The translations under genes were made by a program, and so were the position numbers. The notes beneath the pieces are model-generated. The model did no database searches, was not told the origin of the DNA, and saw only the letters and a list, made by a program, of their open reading frames with translations. A DNA stretch of 63,996 bases, filler included, from Reclinomonas americana ATCC 50394 (Eukaryota): assembly GCA_048213135.1 (NCBI GenBank). It is 14 parts of 14 records of this genome, joined end to end, with 100 filler letters (N's around TTAATTAATTAA, not from the genome) between each part and the next. Parts side by side here need not be neighbours in the genome. Positions count along the whole stretch, not along the records: positions 60,975 to 62,732 come from AFZH01016943.1; positions 62,833 to 63,996 come from AFZH01016954.1; 12 more parts are not named here. One strand, written 5' to 3'. This document shows, piece by piece, positions 62,500 through 63,996 of the stretch (position 1 is the first letter of the stretch; each line of letters opens with the position of its first letter).

Positions 62500-62993
62500 T
62501 CAGCACACTGACACATATCTATGTCGGTGTTGCCACTTCTGCCTCCATCAATCACTCTAAAGTACGGTGGTCTCACTTCCGCTCGCTGTCAGACGACAGC
62601 GTTCCCCAAATCACTGTTTGCCTCAAATCACTCTCATACGTGTCAACAGAGGCTTCCTTTCGTCGCTCTCACTCCCTCTTGCTGTCGATCCCAGTCTGTT
62701 ATTTCACCTCTCTCTCTCTTTCTCTCTCTCTCNNNNNNNNNNNNNNNNNNNNNNNNNNNNNNNNNNNNNNNNNNNNTTAATTAATTAANNNNNNNNNNNN
62801 NNNNNNNNNNNNNNNNNNNNNNNNNNNNNNNNTCCTCCCTCTCCTCCTCCTCCTTCCTCCTCCTCCTTCCTTCCTCCTCCTCCTCTCTCCTCTCCTCCTC
62901 CTCCCTCCCTCCTCCTCCTCCTCCTCCCTCCTCCCCTCCCCTCCTCCTCCCCTCCCTCCTCCTCCCCTCCCCCCCCCCCCCCCCTACCCACAG

Positions 62994-63195
62994 CCCCCTC
63001 ACCTGGAAAGACTTCCTGGCCTGCCACAAACCACTGCTGCGCATCCTCGAGCGCCGCGGCCTCGACCCCAAGACCCCCGGCATCGAGTACGAGCAGGTGC
63101 TGATGGCCGTGCAGAAGCGCCGCAGCGGCCTCATTCACCTCGACGCCGCCGTCGACCTCAGCCTGGCCGATGCTGCTGCTGCTGCCTCCGAGTAA
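62994..63195 (+). CDS. Terminal exon of an unidentified protein
   Basis: Polypyrimidine + CAG acceptor, high-GC3 frame PLTWKDFLACHKPLLRILERRGLDPKTPGIEYEQVL...SE*. Confidence 0.5.
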
Positions 63196-63440
63196 CACCT
63201 TTGTGTGTGTTTGTGTGTGTGCAGCAGACTTGTCGTGTTTGTCGTGTCTGTCTGTTCTTTGCCGATTTGATTGATTGAAAAAGGAAGCAAGGAGAATGTC
63301 AAGAAGAGTGCTTTTGTTGTCTGTGGTGTGTTGTGTGGCTGCGGCGTGGTTGATGGTGATGGGCGTGCAAGGCGATCCACAGAAGCTGAATGGTTTCAAC
63401 TTTTTGAATGGGTTTGTGAGGGCAAAAGGCAAAGGGGAAG

Positions 63441-63996
63441 AGGAGATGAGTGAGAGAGAGAGAGGGAGGGAGGGAGGGAGGGAGAGAGAGAGAGAGAGAT
63501 GCGTGCGTTCAGGGTGTATTCGTGCAGTCTCCGAGTGTGTGAAAGAGAGAAAGTAGGAGTGTGTGTGTGAGAGAGAGAGAGTGAGAGGAGAGAGTGAGTT
63601 TGTGAGTGACTGAGTGTGTATGTGTGTGTGTGAGAGAGAGAGTGAATGAGTGAGTTGTGCCCTCACTCTATTTCTCCTTTCTCTATTTCTCACTCTTTCA
63701 CTCTCTCTGTTTCTCTCTCTCTCTCTCTGCCTCACTCACTCACCCTCTCTCTTTCTGTCTCACTCACTCACCCTCTGTTTCTCTCTTTCTCTCTTTCACA
63801 CTCTTTCTCTATTTCTCTCTGTCTCACTCACTCACCCTCTCTCTTGCTGTCTCACTCACTGAACCTCTCTCTCTCTCCCTCACTCCTCACTCTCTGTCTC
63901 TCTCTGTCTCTCTCTCTCTCTCTCTGTGTCTCTGTCTCACTCACTCACTCTCCATCTCTCTCTCTCTCTCTCTCTCACTCCCTCCCTCCCTCTCTC
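63441..63996. repeat. Degenerate (GA)n tract followed by (CT/CTCA)n tract
   Basis: Purine-rich about 63441-63650, then pyrimidine-rich to the window end. Confidence 0.9.

Noticed and set aside
1..63996. Alternative genetic code
   Set aside because: TAA, TAG and TGA all end conserved genes, and apparent internal stops fall inside introns.
62785..63996. 316-aa ORF and GA/CT fold-back at the window end
   Set aside because: Translation of microsatellite; the complementarity is a trivial result of low complexity.

Overview
This is eukaryotic DNA, not prokaryotic. It is a GC-rich, very gene-dense protist scaffold with about 35 protein-coding genes, most broken by short (typically 57-100 nt) spliceosomal introns rich in CA/GA microsatellites. 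Thirteen 100-nt artificial spacers (N44-TTAATTAATTAA-N44) join contigs, and at least three genes run across them, so contig order appears real. Recognisable products include CAPZB, UDP-glucose 6-dehydrogenase, a CitE-family lyase, a GARP/MYB-like transcription factor, a half-size ABCA transporter, ATP12, MO25/CAB39, kinesin-1, DAW1, PEX5, RBM39, an eIF2-alpha kinase, MDP-1, Exo84 and UFSP2, plus several surface proteins. The most striking signal comes from hand-splicing conserved genes. About 37 introns, roughly a quarter of an estimated 130-140, start with a one-nucleotide-shifted donor, mostly GTTGCG(T/C), almost always after an exon end that is not G. Donors after AG| are often degenerate and include GC. 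This suggests a second major 5' splice-site class. Also notable: a 36-bp near-perfect pre-miRNA-like hairpin in the longest intergenic region, two bacterial-type genes (DUF4349 with introns; an intronless cupin), and extremely short intergenic distances. All gene models and family calls were made by eye without database searches.
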